Positions 12,291 to 24,810 of a stretch of 64,000 nucleotides of DNA are shown here, in pieces; positions within the stretch are counted from its first letter, which is position 1; each line of letters starts with the position of its first letter. The stretch covers positions 169,632,001 to 169,696,000 of the forward strand of contig NC_042998.1 of the NCBI RefSeq assembly GCF_006345805.1. Direction: 5' to 3'. Under the pieces are notes generated by a model that saw nothing but the letters and a program-made list of their open reading frames with translations, had not been told where the DNA came from and made no database searches. The DNA is from Octopus sinensis. Lineage: Eukaryota. Position numbers and translations under genes: made by a program.

Positions 12291-13075
12291 TATGATAGAT
12301 TTAATATATTGTTTGTGTACCACCATTATTGTTTCTTTCTCTTGGCAAAATGTTGTACTCTGAGTATTTTAAATATTTGTGTATCATTTTGTTTTCTTTA
12401 TTGTCTTTACGGAGTGTTGTGGAGATGTATTTGTATATAACTCTTAGTATTCCGTCTTCACTGTGTATGATGTGTTTATGTGGTTGAGTATGATGTCTGT
12501 TGTAGTTGATGTCAAGAACAACACATTGCTTGTATAAAGGTAACATATGTTTTGTATGAGCAACTACATATACATCCACATCACACACACAGAACTGTTG
12601 TTTAATTCAACAATTATCATAAACCCATGTGAAATAAGTCAACAAAGAAATGTGTTGTTTTTAAGATATATTTGTCATTTTTTTTCTCTTCTTACCCTCA
12701 TTCACATTACTTTGTTTCTTCTCTTTTCATAACAAATGAATGACTTATCTCTTCATTATTTTCTTTTCAACTGAAATTTTAAGTCAACATACCCCACCCC
12801 ACCCTCTGGCACCCCGGGCTAATCTGATGCTAAACAATAACAATAGTTAAGTTATTGTTAACATATTTAATGTAGTTAACATCAAAAGTTAAATTTATTC
12901 TCAATGGTTTATTTTTTAACATAACAACACAGTTGTTATTCTAATTTATCATTTCTTCATTTCTTATTTCTCCTTCTCTTCTTTTTAGCTTGTGACTTCT
13001 AATTTTCTTTATCTCTATTTCTCTTTTGTCTTTCAAATTTCTTACTCATTTTTGAAAATAATTTTTGAAAATAAT

Positions 13076-13376
13076 TTTCTTTATTACCCACAAGGGGCTA
13101 AACATAGAGGGGACAAACAAGGACAGACGTAGGTATTAAGTTGATTACATCGACCACAGTGCGTAACTGGTACTTAATTTATCGACCCTGAAAGGATGAA
13201 AGGCAAAGTCGACCTCGGCGGAATTTGAATTCAGAACGTAGGTAGCGTAGGATGAAATACCTATTTCTTTATTACCCACAGAGGGGACAAACATAGGTAT
13301 TAAGTTGATTACATCGACCCCAGTGCGTAACTCAGCATTTCGTCCAGAGCGCTAACGTTTCTGCCAGCTTGCCACA
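13076..13376 (-). mobile_element. Family-B SINE variant (CCCTTGTGGGTAATAAAG tail) with a partial second copy nested at ~13260-13332
   Basis: TTATTACCCACA..GGGGACAAAC..ATTAAGTTGATTACATCGACC occurs twice; the head resumes at ~13333. Confidence 0.75.
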
Positions 13377-14341
13377 GAATTTTTATCATATACCTCCACT
13401 CCCCGCCTCTCTTTTCACTGTTCTTTCATGACTTTATACTCCATTTTAAGCTGATTTGTTATCACTCCTATTTCTTACTTTTTCTATTTCTTTGTCTTTT
13501 CTCCTAAATTCACTTTCATTTCTATACAAATTCTTCTCCACATATTCTTTCCTCTTCCCCTTTCTCTCTGTACCAATTAAAGCTAGAGTTAATTGCACTA
13601 AATAACCTATGAAATCTAGCAACATTTTGGAGGACAGTGACCAGAGCCACTACTACACTATTAGTTGCCATAGAAGGAAGCCTAAATTTTTTCAGCATCT
13701 TTTTTTATTCTTTTTGTCCTTGACGTTACTTACTACCTTACCCTTACCCCCTCCTCCCCACCTGGATACCACAACCCCCAAATTTGATTCTTGCTTTGTT
13801 TTATTTTACAAACCCACAACTGAAGAAGAGCATAATCAAGAGAACACAACTTGAGAGAAAGATTAAGGTCATTAAGGATGGCTAAAAACTATGGGGTATG
13901 TTTATATATGAAAGAGAGCAAGAATGAGAGAAAGAAGAGAAAGAGAAAACAAAAAAAAAAGGAAGAGAGAGAGAGAGAGAGAGAGAGAGTTAATATCATG
14001 GAATACGGTTTAGTGGAGACTTTCATGTTGGTAGATAAGTACACAGCAAGTATTATTGGTTTGAATGGAAAATATATATACTTTCGGTTAGTGTTGAATT
14101 TCTTGTCTTTCATAATGATTTTAGATTATTTTATACATCATTTTATCAGGGACAAACCTGTAGTCTTCATATGATGCAGGATATGAAAAAAAAATAATGA
14201 AATTTTAAATTTTGTCAAAGGTAGGATTTTATAGAGAATAAAATGTTTTAATCTCTGCAGAGCTTCCTACCTTAAATCATATATTCTTCAGATATATTTT
14301 GCATATACATTGTATTTATTGTCTGATGTACTTCTATATTT

Positions 14342-16263
14342 GGTTAATATAGGGCGTAACAAATATCAGAAAATCAAAAAAAAAATGTGTGTAATAGGTG
14401 TAAAACAACTTCCTATGAACGAATATGAAAAAAAAAATTCGCGCACGCGAAAGGGGGGTGGGGGAGAGGCCTCGGAAAATTCACATCGGGAAGTTCCGAA
14501 AGCGTCTGAGGGGCTGACCCGGGCACCAAAACAAAAAAAAAATAGTGTAATATGTGTAAAACAACTTGCTCTAAACGAATACGAAGAAAAAAAATGCGCT
14601 CTCGAGAAAGAGGGGTGGGGGAGAGGCCTCGGAATATTTATATCGGGAATTTCCGAAAGCGTCTGAACCGGGCACAAAAACAAAAACAGCGTAATAGGTG
14701 TAAAACAACTTGCTCTAAACGACTATCATGAAAAAAATGCGCGCTCGCGAAAGGGGGGGGGGGGGAGAGGCTTCGGAAATTTCACATCTTCAGTCCACGG
14801 CCTTTAAACTAAGAAAAAATAGTGTAATTGGTGTAAAACTACTTGTTCTAAACGAGTATCAAGAACACACACTCACACATGAATCATAAACTCCGTATTT
14901 CGCAAAAAAAAAAAATAAAGAGAAGAAATTCTGGAAAAGTGAAGAAATGTTGGATCTCATTCCTTGGTTAAAGCTATTTTAAACATTAAATTTATGCTTT
15001 TCTTTGAAATAGTTCAGATATATGCAATTCTTCTCACTTATTAAGATGCATTTATCAGAAAAAAAGAGACAGAAAAAATTATTATTTTGTGTCAATCCTT
15101 CCCTAATTATCCTTTATTAATTAGTTTTGGCGTGTATTTTTTTCCCAAATTTATTTTTTCACCTTTACAACACTGTTTAGTAAAGCAATTAATTATCTTT
15201 ATAATTTGCATATTTGACTTATTAATCAAAATTCTCTAGATGTAATATATACTAAGTAATGCATCCTTCATTTATGTGTTCCGTTCTGTATTATGCATGC
15301 GTGACTGTTTGTATGTAAGTGTGTTTAACTGTGCACATGAATGTGAATATTAAAGAACATATTTATTTACTATGATTGTTATTTTCAGAACAAATAAATC
15401 TTTTGGCTGTTATGTTATTGATGTTATTATTATTGCTAGTTAAAGGGTGGTGACTTGGCTGAATTTTGAGTCTTGTAGTATGTAGTTGTGTTAGTCAATA
15501 TTCTGAGTTCAAATCCAACTCATTTCTTTATCATCATTATCGATGGACCACTCAAAGAGGTATGTATACATTATCATTTTCGTAACATAATTTCTGTAGT
15601 ATTTCAAGATGTTTCTGACACGTATTTTGATTCACATGGCGGAGATCCAACATTTCTTCACTTTTTCCAGAATTTCTTCTCTTTATTTTTTTTTTTTGCG
15701 AAATACGGAGTTTATGATTCATGTGTGAGTGTGTGTTCTTGATACTCGTTTAGAACAAGTAGTTTTACACCAATTACACTATTTTTTCTTAGTTTAAAGG
15801 CCGTGGACTGAAGATGTGAAATTTCCGAAGCCTCTCCCCCACCCCCCTTTCGCGAGCGCGCATTTTTTTCATGATAGTCGTTTAGAGCAAGTTGTTTTAC
15901 ACCTATTACGCTGTTTTGTTGTTTTGTTTTTGTGCCCGGTTCAGACGCTTTCGGAAATTCCCGATATAAATATTCCGAGGCCTCTCCCCCACCCCTCTTT
16001 CTCGAGAGCGCATTTTTTTTTCATATTCGTTTAGAGCAAGTTGTTTTACACATATTACACTATTTTTTTTTTGTTTTGGTGCCCGGGTCAGCCCCTCAGA
16101 CGCTTTCGGAACTTCCCGATGTGAATTTTCCGAGGCCTCTCCCCCACCCCCCTTTCGCGTGCGCGAATTTTTTTTTTCATATTCGTTCATAGGAAGTTGT
16201 TTTACACCTATTACACACATTTTTTTTTTGATTTTCTGATATTTGTTACGCCCTATATTAACC
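14342..16263. mobile_element. 1.9-kb non-autonomous foldback-type DNA transposon with ~620-bp modular TIRs and 8-bp TSD (Merlin-like termini)
   Basis: Arms 14342-14958 and 15642-16263 are near-perfect reverse complements; ends GGTTAATATAGGGCG / CGCCCTATATTAACC; CTATATTT at 14334-14341 and 16264-16271. Confidence 0.9.
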
Positions 16264-16427
16264 CTATATTTTTGTATTTATTTTGAATTCTTTTTTTTTT
16301 CATGCTTAAAAAATCCAACTTGGTTTCTTGTTACAAAAATAGGTATATCTGAAACCATTTGAAATTAATTTTTTTTTCATTCCTTTGCATTCTATAATAG
16401 AATTTATAAAAAAAAAATATTATTCTA

Positions 16428-16816
16428 GGTGCAAGAGTGCCTATGTGGTAAGAAACTGGCTTCCTAACCACATGGTTCTGCATTCAGTCCCACTGCTTGG
16501 CACCTAGGGCAAGGCAAGTGTCTTCTACTATAGCCTCAGGCCAAAGCCTTGTGAGTGGATTTGATAGATGGAAACTGAAAGAAGCCCATTGTATATATAT
16601 ATATATTTGTGTGTCTTTGTGCCTGTGTTTGTCTCCTACTGTTTAACAACTGGTGTTGGTGTGTTTACATCCCCATAATGTAGTGGTTTGTCAAAAATGA
16701 CCGATAGAAGTACCAGGCTTTAAAAATAAAAACAGTTCAGGGGTTTATTCATTTGACTAAAAATTGTTCAAGGTGGTACCCCAGCATGGCCACAGTCTGA
16801 TGACTGAAACACGTAA
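16428..16816 (+). mobile_element. Family-A SINE, diverged
   Basis: Both halves align with 5416-5820. Confidence 0.8.
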
Positions 16817-16979
16817 ATCATATTCACAATGATGTATTTATACAGAGGCAGTCTTAGTTCTCAGATCAAAGGAGGAGCTCTGTTCTCTTAAATACATTTT
16901 GTGTTTATTTTTTAACCAGATGGATAGGTGTAAGAGAACTCCAAATGACTGCCATTGCTTGAATCTCAACATCTGTATC

Positions 16980-17775
16980 ATCATCATCATCATCATTTAT
17001 CATCATCAACAACATTCTAAGTGTATGGCTGTATTTTTTGTTTGTGTGAATTGGTTAAATCTACTTTGCAGCATCTCATAACAGATCTGTTTTGTTTTTT
17101 TTTGTGTGTGTGATCTCTGTAAGACCCAGCATCATGAGATCTAACTTTTACTAACTCTTTTCCTATGTCTTCCTCTGACACTTTGTCATCCAGCTCACCG
17201 TATCCATTTTATTATTTTTTCCCTTTGTTCCTTCTTGAGCCATGCCTGGCTCATAAGGGCCGGTTTCCCAATTTCATTGGCATATAGGTTCCCCACCTGG
17301 ACGGGATGCCAGTCCGTCGCAGGTGAGCTGCTAGATGCAGGAGGAAAGAGTAAGAGAAATTTGTGGCGAAAGAGTCAGCAGAAGTTCGCCATTACCTTCT
17401 GCTGGAGCCGCATGGAGCTTAGGTGTTTCGCTCATAAGCACACAAATCGCCAGGTCTGAGATTCAAACCCGCGATCCCTTGACCGTGAGTTCACTTCTCT
17501 GACCACTAGGCCATGTGCCTCCACGGTCTTGTTCATTCATATCACATGACCATAATATCTTAGGCATCTCCTCTGCACTTTTAACGTGAAGTCTTTATTG
17601 CCCAGCCACTCTCTCAGCTCACTTGTTCTTCTCTACCCTTCATGCATGTTAACATTACATGTCTGACAAATCACATGTGCTTTATCTCTTTTCAGCCTCT
17701 CCAAAAACATCCATATTCACTATCCATATCTCACTATCATGCATCATCATGCTTCACACACACTGTCTTTTGCAT
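16980..17775 (-). mobile_element. Highly degenerate RTE LINE 3' fragment interrupted by a family-D SINE
   Basis: Minus-strand translations resemble the RTE C-terminus (MMHDSEIW; YGHV; VKLDLMMLGLT) with stops and frameshifts; (GAT)n tail near 16980-17000. Confidence 0.5.
17222..17524 (-). mobile_element. Family-D SINE
   Basis: Close match to 30134-30432; head GGAGGCACATGGCCTAGTGGTCAGAG. Confidence 0.85.
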
Positions 17776-18539
17776 GAAAAAAAAGAAAAAAGAAATAAAC
17801 GAAAAAATAGAATTAGTTGCCAACAGCCAGCAATTTACCAAATAAATCAATGAGGACGCCACTATGCAGTTGATCCACATGCTAGAAATAGCAGCCAAAT
17901 CTCCATCAAATCAAACTTAAAAAGATAGACATGTTCAACAGTATAGAGCAGGTACAGGTGGGCCACATTAGTAAAAACATTCAAGGTAATTTTTCATTAG
18001 GCTTGCCATTCAGGGAGTCCCACAGACTGAAGTTTGTCCATGGCTGGTGTAGATATATATATTAAGATAGAATAGGCTAGGTTGGAATGCTTTTGGTCAT
18101 AAATATCATCTATCAGAGTTGGCATTTGAGATAAATGTAAACTTAATCCTCTCAGACCTGGGTCCGTGTCTAACTCTACCCTCCACCTGGGCTCCCAAAC
18201 AAAAAAAATATATAGTTGCATATATAGTTCAAGAATAATGATTGCAAGTAAACTAATGAGCAAAATTGGTTGCTTCTTCTTTTTCCATGTGTGTTGTTCA
18301 TTACTTCTTTACTGGGAATCCAGCAGAGATAACATTTAACCTATTCCTCCTATAGCAGGAATATGGCTTGACATGGTTAAACTTCTTTTTCTTCCCTCAT
18401 TCCTTACTCTGACATTATGTGTTCACAACTGTTACTTTCAGCCATAAATATTTCATTTAATTGACAGAAACTATCAATAACATTTAGCAATTAATATTCT
18501 ATTCAGTTCCATCCAGTTAAACTGTGTTTTAAGAAGTTT

Positions 18540-18830
18540 TATGGAGACCTGTCAAAAGTTAGCAAGAAGATCAGACAAAGATGGTTGTGTCTATCTGATC
18601 ATTGCATGTGCCACCCTGAACTGGAAACATCCAAATTAGTCTTGTGAAACTCACTTTATGTCAATGTAAAAGAGGAAGATGTTGTCACACATCAACAACT
18701 TGATTGCAGACACTCACCTGGAATGTATCCAGGACCTTGAGGTAGTGACGATGGACCAATCAATGTGGCAGGTAGACTTTGTTGCTGTGGCCCAGGTTGG
18801 AATCCAGCTATGATAATAATAATAATAATG
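18540..18830 (+). mobile_element. Degenerate 3' end of a further RTE-type LINE
   Basis: SDHCMCHPELETSKLVL resembles RTE GHC.RH.E....LVLW; followed by (AAT)n at ~18812-18828. Confidence 0.45.
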
Positions 18831-20968
18831 TGTGTTTGTGCATGTGCTCATAACTATCTTCTTACCTTCACAACATTACAGAATTTAATACTTGTGAGTG
18901 TTATTGTCATGTAAGTGGTATCATTCATTTCCAATCTTCCATGAAGACATGTCTAGTCATTGAGAAACATTTCCTTCCTTGAAAATGGGTGAGGGTTGGT
19001 GATAGGAAGGTTATCTAGCTCTAGAAAATTCTGCCTCATCAAATTTACCAAATCCATTCTCAAGGCTTTGGTTGGCCCGAGGCTATAGTAGAAGACACTT
19101 GCCCAAGGTACCATGCATTGGGACTGAACCTGGAACCATGTGGTTAGTAAGCAAGCTACTTACCACACAGACACTCCTGCCTCTTGTTTTCAGTCGTGTT
19201 TGTTTGTTTGCCTGTGGACAAGATATCTCAAGAACCACTGGATGGATTTGGATAAAACTTTCAGTGATGTTTGGCCTTGTGACTGGCATGAACTGGTTAG
19301 ATTTGGGGATTGATCTGGTACTGGACAAGGATTCTGGATTATTTTTCTTGTTTTTGTACTTTTTTTTTTGAGAGTAGATAGGTTCATTTTTAGTATTTTT
19401 GATTGTGAGAGCAGTCGAGTTTATTTCAGATATTCTCATTTTAAAAATCATCTCTGGCTAATCGTTGAGGGGATGTTAGTGTTGCCTTGGCGGAGGTTTG
19501 CGCTCTCTGAGTTCTCGTTTAATATTGTTATTTTACTTACTATCGTTACCTCAGTTGTTTTTCACAGCTAGATTCCCTTCATGCTTCAAATTACTGAACC
19601 AAAAAGAAAAGAAAATTTTTGTTAATCAGTCTATTTTGGTAATAAAAGTAATATCTTTCCTCAGACCCCAAAATTTTCTTTGTAGTTTTAAGGTTTGAAT
19701 TCATGATCATGTGCTTAGTTATCTAACATTTTAAAGGAAAGTTACTCAGCTGTCAAGTTACTAAATTAAGTACTGAGTTAGCCAAAATAGTTGCATTTTA
19801 AACATTATATTTAGCATTTAGTCAGGGTCTTATACATTTTATGTCCTTCTTCCTGTTCTTTTCTTGTCTTGCAAATTACTTAGTGGCTTCACTCATGCTG
19901 GTGGCATGAAAAACACACCTAATACACTCTGTTAAGTGTTTGTTATTAGGAAGGGCATCTAGCCATAGAAACTTTGCCAAAGCTAACATTGGAGCTAAAC
20001 TTAGCCCTGCAGCATGCTAGATCTTGTCAATCCATGCGAGGAGGGAAGTGGGCATTAAATGGTGGTGATGATGATGATGATGAAAAAGTTACATTCATTA
20101 TTGCTGTTCTTGTTGTTCAGTTCCTGGTCGGATGTGATCAAATAGACCTATGATCAAAGACATTTTGTTGTTTCTTATTTTCAGAAATAATATATCTACA
20201 AATACTTTATACTGAATGTGGAAGCTGCTCTCTTTATGGCTTGGGATGTTCTTTATTTTATTTCAGAAATTAGTTTATAAGAATTTGAATTCAATGATAA
20301 TGTTTGTTCAATTCTATTATCACAATGGTGACAATTCTACTATAGCAATATGTTTTTACAGTTGGCGAGCTGGCAGAATCATTAACACATTGGACAAAAT
20401 ACTTTGTGGCATTTCTTCCAGCTCTTTATGTTTCAAATCCTGCTAAGTTCAACTTTGTCTTTCATCCTTTCAGAGTCAATAAAATAAAATACCTGTCAAG
20501 TATTGGGGTTGATATAATAGACTTGTCTTCACCCTTCAAAATTGCTGGCCTTGAACTCTGCAATGGATCAGCAATAACATAACCCCATATTTAATCAATA
20601 AAAATTTCTTCAAAACACCTCTCTGTAACAAACCACTCTAAACCTTAATTACCTCTCCACTCAGACCCACATACCCGAGGAAGATTTTAACTCAACAGAG
20701 ACTATATAAAGCCAAGGTTAACTCCAATGCGTCACAGTCTAATAATGGCTTAATTGGCTGAAACTTCGAAGTTACTGTCATCAATATTCTTATCTTTTAT
20801 CTTTTACTTGTTTTAGTCGAATGATTCTACCCCTTAACATTTTTTTTCTTTTTAAAGCCTGGTATTTATTCTGTCTGTCACTCTTGCTGAACTGCTAAGT
20901 TACAGGGACATAAACACACCAGCACTGGTTGTCAAGTGGCAAGGGTGAGGGGGACAGACAAAGACACA

Positions 20969-21347
20969 GACCTATTGAGTCAAGTACATCAACATCAAAA
21001 TGAATATCAATTGGAAATAGTAGTTGTGATACCTGTGCCAGTGGCACATAAAAAGCACCATCCGAACGTGGCCGTTGCCAGCACCGCCTTGACTGGCTTC
21101 TGTGCCGGTGGCACATAAAAAGCACCAACCGATCGTAGCCACTGCCAGCCTCCCCTGGCACCTGTGCCAGTGGCACGTAAAAAGCACCCACTATACTCAC
21201 GGAGTGGTTGGCGTTAGGAAGGGCATCCAGCTGTAGAAACACTGCCAGATCAGACTGGAGCCTGGTGCAGCCTCCTGGCTTCCCAGACCCCAGTCGAACC
21301 ATCCAACCCATGCTAGCACAGAAAACGGATGTTAATGATGATGATGA
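20969..21347 (+). mobile_element. RTE LINE 3' UTR (family E)
   Basis: Starts GACCTATTGAGTCAAGTACATC as at ~48025; GTGGCAC(A/G)TAAAAAGCACC subrepeats; (GAT)n tail. Confidence 0.85.
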
Positions 21348-21394
21348 TTGGGACCGCGTGTGTACCATTGGCGTGTGTACTTTCCTTCTCCTAT

Positions 21395-21429
21395 GTTTCC
21401 GACGAAGAGATCTGCTCGAAACGTTAAAC
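21395..21429 (+). ncRNA. Hammerhead-ribozyme-like motif, variant core
   Basis: GTTT CCGACGA A GAG atctg CTC GAAAC GTT AAAC: stem I GTTT/AAAC, stem II GAG/CTC, palindromic AACGTT stem III. Confidence 0.6.
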
Positions 21430-21519
21430 CCTCCTTCTTTCCTGAGTGTCCAATAATACTATATTTGTTCCACGTCCTCGCGTTGTTGTGTTTTTTTGTG
21501 CTTTCTTGTTTGGATTAAC

Positions 21520-21573
<54 letters not shown>

Positions 21574-22191
21574 CGGGCTTCTTTCAGTATGTCTAACAAA
21601 TACACTCACAAGGCTTTGGTTAGCCTGAGGCTATAGTAGAAGACACTTGCCCAACATGTCATGTAGTGGGGACTTGATCGAGAGCCATATGGTTGGAAAA
21701 CAAACTTCTTACCACACGGCCACATCAGCACCTATATTATTCTTATTTAAGAATAATACATCTATATATATACATACATATACTTGTGTGTATGTATATA
21801 TACGCATATATGTGTGTGTGTATGTATATATACGCATGCTAATAAAGAGAAGGTGTTATTCAAATGTGTACAGCATATAAGCATTATATATTGAGGATGT
21901 GAATGGTAGTAATGATTATGAGAGATAGTAGTAGGAAAGGAGAGAAAGAAAAATTATGAAAATGATATTTTCAACAATTCAAGGAAAATATATGCTATCA
22001 TACAAATGTTTCACCAGTTTTTCAATCTGGAGCAAAGATGACTAGGTCACTGAAGAATTAGGAAGGAGTGGGTGGAACTGTACCATTCTTTGAACTGAGA
22101 CTTCAATACTGCTAATTCTTTGCAATTAAAGCTAAACTGATAGTTTTGTGGCTTCAAGGTTAAATTTAGAAGATTGTCTCCACTCCTTCTT

Positions 22192-22234
<43 letters not shown>

Positions 22235-22840
22235 CAAACTCTGGCTCACTGTATTTTTTCTTTCTCTCTTACCATTACTTGTAAGTCTGCAATTTATTTA
22301 TTGTTAAAATGCTCAGCTGATGTTGGACACTGGGTTAGTGAAAGGAAGGGAGATAATGCATGCGTGACTGTTTTAAATACAAAAAAGTTATGACTACATT
22401 TTTCTGCAGATTTACATGTGAGGTTGTTTACGTATGCTAACATGTACTGAATGTGTTCAGTCAATTACATAGGCAGTGTATGAAGGATGTTTGTTGATGA
22501 ACATATATATATACGATATGCATATTGAATGTTATAATGCTGGTAAATGGGTCTATATCAATACTGATGTTTGTATGTATGTGTGTGTGTGTGTGTGAAA
22601 GAGAGAGTTGATGTATAAACATTTCTATTATTCTGTATGTAAATATGTGCATTAAAGAAATATTTTTAATTAAGAATACATTCACATTGATAATTGAATG
22701 ATAAGCTACCATTCAGAATTCAGAAGGTTTCTGAGTGATTCCCTGTTATGGATACATAATCTATTGCAGGAATATTTATATTTCGTTTTTGGATTTGGTT
22801 CGCAAGATTCTTTACATGAGTTCGTGTGTTGAAGTATATT

Positions 22841-23008
22841 CTGTTGTGTCTGGGGAGAGTCATTTTCTTTTTGTGCCTTATAATGTAACACCAGTAAAAA
22901 TAATGTAACACCAGTAAAAATAAAAATAAGAAATAAGTGGAAATTTTACTGGTGAGTGTGTTACATTATAAGGCACAAAAAGAAAATGACTCTCCCCAGA
23001 CACAACAG
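22841..23008. repeat. Perfect 50-bp inverted repeat with an internal 20-bp tandem duplication
   Basis: 22841-22890 is the reverse complement of 22959-23008; TAATGTAACACCAGTAAAAA occurs twice at 22881-22920. Confidence 0.95.
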
Positions 23009-23019
23009 GAATATTTATA

Positions 23020-23460
23020 TATTAGCGATACCAAAAAGTCATGTCATTTAATGAGTTCAAATCAGCTTAAAGCATTTCATAAATATATTTATTCATTCAA
23101 AATATAATTGCCGTCATTAGCAATAACATTTTCTCACCTCAAAACCAGTTTTCTGATTCCTCGAGCAAAAAGATCAGGTTCTCTAGAAGACAAAAATATT
23201 TGGAATGCCGTTTTGACATCATCCTTGCTTCTGAATGTTTTCCACTGATAATGACCTGAATAAACAAAAATCTGATGGTAGAGTAGGGAAGGTGAAGTAG
23301 AGCTTCCTTAGCCTAATGAATTTATCTTACTTTGAATTATTTTTTTTTAATGTAGCCTTTATTATCAAGGAATTGCTGATGAGGTACCCATTGCCCTTCT
23401 CTATGCACTTTCCCAAATCTAACTGATATTGAGATCTTACACAGTGAATCTAGGTTTATT
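23020..23460 (-). mobile_element. Degenerate, internally deleted mariner transposase fragment
   Basis: GQWVPHQ, LLHLPYS..PSDFCLFRSL, KTFRSKDDVKTAFQIFLSSREPDLFARGIRKLVLR*ENVIANDGNY. Confidence 0.85.
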
Positions 23461-23559
23461 AAACCTCTGTGATAAGTCATAGATAGACTGACATGGGTCT
23501 TCTTGTGATATAATGTTAAACCATTTGTTTGAAAATATGACATAACTTCTCAGTAACCC

Positions 23560-23905
23560 TAGCACCTGTGCTGGTGGCATGTAAAAAGCACCTTTCGAGC
23601 ATTGGGCCTCATGGAGGCAATGACAAATGGTCAAGACCTTTGGCAATATACTGTGCTTAAGAAGACTCATCAATCCAAGTGAAATCATAGTTGTGGCAGA
23701 TACTGGTGTCACACAACTGGCACCTGTGCCATTGGCACATCAAAGCATCATTACGCTCTCAGAGTGGTTGGTGTTAGGAAGGGAATCCAGCCATAGAAAC
23801 TATGCCAAATCAGATTGGAGTCTGGTGCAGCCCCATAGCCTACTAGCCCTGGTCAAACCATCTGACCCATGCCAGCATGGACAACAGGCATTAAAAGATG
23901 ATGAT
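23560..23905 (+). mobile_element. RTE LINE 3' UTR (family E), diverged
   Basis: GGTGGCATGTAAAAAGCACC..GAGTGGTTGGTGTTAGGAAGGG..CCATGCCAGCATGG..GATGATGAT. Confidence 0.75.
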
Positions 23906-24411
23906 GAATGGTTAGTATAACGTCTTTGCACTTGGCCAAATTTATTATATTTCTTATCCAAATGATATTGTCACTGTCTCAGGTAAAGCTGTAGAATGAA
24001 TTCAAAGGAATTATTCCATTTACTTCTCTTCCCTGACTTTACATTATAATGCACAAAAGGTTTCTTTTTAACAAAAATGGATAACAATGTGATGGAGAAA
24101 GTTATAAATGGCTACAGATTTACAAGGCACTTAATTAGATTTCTGTCTTGCCAACCACCTATATGAGATGTAAATGATATTTTGGATCGATTCATTATCT
24201 ACTTTTCAGTGATTTCCTTTGATCTATACAATTTCAAGGAAAGAGGTTATATTGTTACTCTGAGCAGCTATTAATTCATCCACTGAGCCATTGAGTCATC
24301 TAAGAATTTTTTTATCCTTCTATCTGTTTTGTCTGTCTGTTCTATTTGTCCACCCCACCCTCTCTGTTGCAGCTGCAGCTACTGTTGTTCAGCTCTGAAC
24401 TATAGAAACAC

Positions 24412-24810
24412 AGGAGTGGCTGTGTGGTAAGTAGCTTGCTTACCAACCACATGGTTCCAGATTCACTCCCACTGCATGGCACGTTGGGCAAGTGTCTTCT
24501 ACTATGGCCTTGGGCCGACCAAAGCCTTGTGAGTGGATTTGGTAGACGGAAACTGAAAGAAACTTGTCGTATATATATATATATATATATGTTTGTGTGT
24601 CTGTGTTTGTCCCCCAACATCGCTTGAAACCAATGCTGGTGTGTTTATGTCCCTGTCACTTAGCAGTTTGGCAAAAGAGACTGATAGAATAAGTACTAGT
24701 TCACAAAGAATAAGTCCTGGGGTCGATTTGCTCAACTAAAGATGGTGCTCTAGCACGGCCAGAGTCAAATGACTGAAACAAATAAAAGAATAAAAAGAAA
24801 AAGAAATAAA
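24412..24810 (+). mobile_element. Family-A SINE
   Basis: Both halves match 5416-5820. Confidence 0.85.

Noticed and set aside
13609-14174. ORFs near GA/CT-rich sequence as a first coding exon (MEYGLVETFML..)
   Set aside because: No recognisable homology, weak splice support, low-complexity context.
14391-14860. Regularly spaced ~30-bp motif suggestive of a CRISPR array
   Set aside because: Spacers are homologous to each other, too long, and lie in the TIR of a eukaryotic element; no cas genes.
14310-16220. ORFs of 86-118 aa in the foldback arms
   Set aside because: Mirror-image translations of GC-rich TIR modules; no transposase motifs.
23130-23250. Minus-strand exon with apparently good splice sites
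   Set aside because: It translates as mariner transposase C-terminus and continues the upstream PSDF motif.
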